Shown piece after piece: positions 19,134 through 19,227 of a stretch of DNA of 19,227 nt (positions within the stretch are counted from its first letter, which is position 1; every line of letters starts with the position of its first letter). The stretch lies in contig NW_021824303.1 in assembly GCF_006345805.1 (NCBI RefSeq), positions 1-19,227 on the forward strand, given 5' to 3'. The DNA comes from Octopus sinensis (taxonomy: Eukaryota). A program made the position numbers and the translations under genes. The notes beneath the pieces are model-generated. The model did no database searches. It was not told the DNA's origin and saw only the letters and a list, made by a program, of their open reading frames with translations.

Positions 19134-19227
19134 ATCTATCTATCTCTTTGTCTGTCAGTCTGTCTGTCTATTTATCAATCTCCCTCCCTGCTTACCTGCC
19201 TACCTGCCTACCCACATGTTTCTCTGT

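Overview
AT-rich eukaryotic non-coding DNA. The SINE, microsatellite and TTAGGG content points to a coleoid cephalopod (probably Octopus); this assignment is inference. About half the window is simple repeat ((TA)n, (TACA)n, (TCTA)n, (TTA)n, (GTA)n, (CCT)n, (GA)34). Most of the rest is decayed transposable elements: a 5' half mariner (DD34D) with left TIR, a 3' half maT/DD37D transposon interrupted by (TTAGGG)11, two R4/Dong-type RLE LINE fragments, a Penelope GIY-YIG fragment, a Penelope-type terminal repeat carrying a minimal hammerhead-like motif, a CR1 3' end nested in a Helitron-like element, and about a dozen tRNA-derived SINE pieces (nested, dimeric and head-to-head). No intact protein-coding gene is supported, and nearly all listed ORFs are microsatellite translations. 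A few weak plus-strand exon or promoter candidates are noted. The most interesting signals are the telomere array inside a transposase catalytic region, the hammerhead-like motif, SINE dimers sharing one junction at two loci, and a SINE palindrome.
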